Position numbers and translations under genes: made by a program. A DNA stretch of 62,341 nucleotides from Bdellovibrionota bacterium (GTDB taxonomy: Bacteria > Bdellovibrionota_C > UBA2361 > OMII01): the NCBI GenBank assembly GCA_044345405.1, contig JBIJBE010000021.1, positions 1 to 62,341 on the forward strand. Direction: 5' to 3'. The notes under the pieces were generated by a model. It was not told where the DNA came from and did not search any database. It worked only from the letters and a program-made list of their open reading frames with translations. Of this stretch, positions 60,030 to 62,341 are shown piece after piece (the first letter of the stretch is position 1; each line of letters starts with the position of its first letter).

Positions 60030-61526
60030 CTACACCGGAGACGCGGCGCGCGCGGAACCACTGCGCAAGAACGCGTCAACTGCTTGACGGATCTGCTCAA
60101 TGTCTCCTTCATCGAGACCGCTAACCTGTCGAAGAGCCTCATCATCAGCCTCAACCAGGTTCTGAATGGTCTTGAATCCACCACTCATGAGCATCTCTCG
60201 AACATCAGCCGTGAGCGCCAATCGGGAAAGATCCGAAGAACCATCTCCATCAACCGGGCCAAGGCTATCAGCCTCATCACCAAGCTTCTCAGCGAGGTCT
60301 TTGGCGTTCTTAAGGATCTCCGAAACCTGCTCCTGTGTGAGTCCCTCGATCTCCATGAGATCCTCGAGTGTCGCGTCAGCGACCTCACGAACAGTTCTGT
60401 ATCCTTGCTGGAACAACAACTCGGCGTGCATGAAGTCGATACCAGGGATGCTTGCGAGAGCGGCGCGAGCGCGACGAGCTTCCTCTTCAGCGACCGATAC
60501 GCTTCGAACATCAATTCTCCATCCGGAGAGCTTGCTTGCGAGCTTCACGTTCTGACCACGACGACCGATAGCGAGAGAGAGCTGGTCGTCTGGAACGATA
60601 ACTTCCATCGAGTGCTGCTCCTCGTCTACGACCACACGGCTCACCTCAGCTGGAGCGAGAGCGCGAGCAACGAACGAAGGCTCATCTGGTGTCCAGGTGA
60701 TAATGTCGATTCGCTCTCCTCTGAGCTCCTGCACAACCGCCTGAACGCGAGAACCCTTGATACCAACGCACGCACCAACTGGATCCACGCTTGGATCGTT
60801 CGAGTACACCGCGATCTTAGCGCGTTCACCAGGCTCACGAGCGACAGCCTTAAGCTCGATTACTTTGTCCGCGATCTCAGGAACCTCAAGCTCGAAGAGC
60901 TTCTTGATGAGGTCTGGATGGCTTCGAGTAAGAATAATCTGTGGTCCACGAGCTGAACGGTCTACGTCGAGAACCATTCCACGAAGACGATCGCCAGGGC
61001 GGTAACGCTCACGAGTGATCTGCTCACGCTTCGGAAGGATCGCCTCGGTACGACCGAGGTTCACGATGATGTTTCCTCGCTCAAGACGGAGAACGATTCC
61101 GTTGATGAGGTCACCCTTACAATCTTTGTACTCTTCGTAGATAACGCCACGCTCAGCGTCACGCACCTTTTGCATGATCACCTGCTTCGCGGTTTGCGCG
61201 GCGATACGACCAAGAACATCGGTGTCCAACTTCTTACCGAGCTCGTCGCCCACCATCGCGTCAGGGTCTACCTCTTTACGAGCGTCCGCTGCCGAGATCT
61301 GCGTATCTGGATCTTCTACGTTATCAACCACGACCTTGAACTGAACGACCTCGATCTCTCCGGTCTCTTCGTTGAATTTCGTCTCAAGGTTCAAATTATG
61401 ACCATAGTGCTTGCGCGCCGCTGACAGCATAGCTGACTCAACCGCTTCGATAAGCACCTGCTTATCAATCCCCTTATCTCGCCCCATCTGGCTCAGGATT
61501 GCGTTAAGGTCAAAGTTCGATGACAT
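60030..61526 (-). CDS. nusA: Transcription termination factor NusA
   Basis: GRIAAQTAKQV, ACVGIKGSR, AIGRRGQN, C-terminal HhH repeats. Confidence 0.98.
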   Translation of the reverse strand: MSSNFDLNAILSQMGRDKGIDKQVLIEAVESAMLSAARKHYGHNLNLETKFNEETGEIEVVQFKVVVDNVEDPDTQISAADARKEVDPDAMVGDELGKKLDTDVLGRIAAQTAKQVIMQKVRDAERGVIYEEYKDCKGDLINGIVLRLERGNIIVNLGRTEAILPKREQITRERYRPGDRLRGMVLDVDRSARGPQIILTRSHPDLIKKLFELEVPEIADKVIELKAVAREPGERAKIAVYSNDPSVDPVGACVGIKGSRVQAVVQELRGERIDIITWTPDEPSFVARALAPAEVSRVVVDEEQHSMEVIVPDDQLSLAIGRRGQNVKLASKLSGWRIDVRSVSVAEEEARRARAALASIPGIDFMHAELLFQQGYRTVREVADATLEDLMEIEGLTQEQVSEILKNAKDLAEKLGDEADSLGPVDGDGSSDLSRLALTADVREMLMSGGFKTIQNLVEADDEALRQVSGLDEGDIEQIRQAVDAFLRSGSARAASPV

Positions 61527-61587
61527 ACCTACTTACCTCTTCCTTTACTACCGGCGAACATCCGCGCCGTACGCGCGGCGGTCTCCG

Positions 61588-62172
61588 TTAAAATTTGAAG
61601 TCAACTCTCGCTTCCTTCACTTCCGCGAGGGGAATAGAGAGCGTCTCTTTGAGCTTCTTCTCCTCCACCTCAACCTCAAGGATACCGTCGGTGACTGCTC
61701 GCAGCTGGCCCGTTACGACCTGATACGAACTCTGAGCGTTTCGAAACTTAAGTCGAACTCGCTCTCCAACAGCCCCACTGAAATGCACTGGCAACCGAAG
61801 CGTTCTGTTGACCCCCGGACTGGAGACCTCCAAAACACAACTAGCTGGAACGAACGCGTTCTGTTCGTCGATGTCTAAGAGTCTCTTCGTGACTCGCACA
61901 CAATCGTCGAATGTCACACTGTTACGACGCTCAGGACTCTCTTCAGAGCCTTCAGGGATCGCCGCAGCCGACTTCGTGATATATACCCGCACAACGCCAC
62001 TCCTGCCCGAGGCGCCTCCATCACGAGGGAACTCGATATCAAAGAGCTCTACGCCCTCTGACACGGCGACCTCAGTGATCATGCGCCACATCGGAGTGTT
62101 CTCAATTCCTTCAGCGACCTCCCCTACGGAGAGCTCATCAGAAGACATGTTGTCAGACACTTCACTATTCAT
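61588..62172 (-). CDS. rimP: Ribosome maturation factor RimP
   Basis: VRVYI, DDC, LEVSSPGVNRTL. Confidence 0.93.
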   Translation of the reverse strand: MNSEVSDNMSSDELSVGEVAEGIENTPMWRMITEVAVSEGVELFDIEFPRDGGASGRSGVVRVYITKSAAAIPEGSEESPERRNSVTFDDCVRVTKRLLDIDEQNAFVPASCVLEVSSPGVNRTLRLPVHFSGAVGERVRLKFRNAQSSYQVVTGQLRAVTDGILEVEVEEKKLKETLSIPLAEVKEARVDFKF

Positions 62173-62341
62173 TCGTTACGCCAAACATCTCTCTCTCGTC
62201 ACCCAGTCCCTGTCTTCGAAGCGCAGCCAGTAGCCAACGCTCCGCTTGTGTAGCGCGACCCAACGACACAGACGTGCATCGGAGTTACGTTGATGAGTGT
62301 GAGAGACACACCCAAAATGGCAGGGACCTGCCGAGAGATGC

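Noticed and set aside
56758-60956. Long plus-strand ORFs opposite infB and nusA
   Set aside because: They are antisense shadows of highly biased housekeeping genes.

Overview
A bacterial chromosome segment with mostly mid-to-high GC; gene style suggests a deltaproteobacteria/Bdellovibrionota-like lineage (inference only). The right three-quarters (16-62 kb) is largely housekeeping: msbA-lpxB, folB, truA-asd, IHF/HU, cysK, cystathionine beta-synthase plus gamma-lyase, tRNA-Arg(CCT), pcm-nlpD, metG, yajC-secDF, purA and the rimP-nusA-ylxR-infB-rbfA-nrnA-truB operon. The left 16 kb is an accessory region of ORFans, gene fragments and short mobile repeats. The most notable structure is a long HUH/Y1 (RAYT-like) transposase at 23.9-24.9 kb flanked by inward-facing tandem arrays of a CTGGTRCA-type end motif. 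The same motif forms the termini of several dispersed 90-200 bp non-autonomous elements, and one of these is fused to a relic of the transposase 5' end. Other unusual features: a ~505-bp inverted-repeat pair enclosing a PRTase-like/BtpA/PfkB/truncated-HAD operon, hairpins nested inside GGAG-type REPs, and two tandem units downstream of tRNA-Arg that each regenerate the tRNA 3' end. All calls were made by eye, with no database searches.
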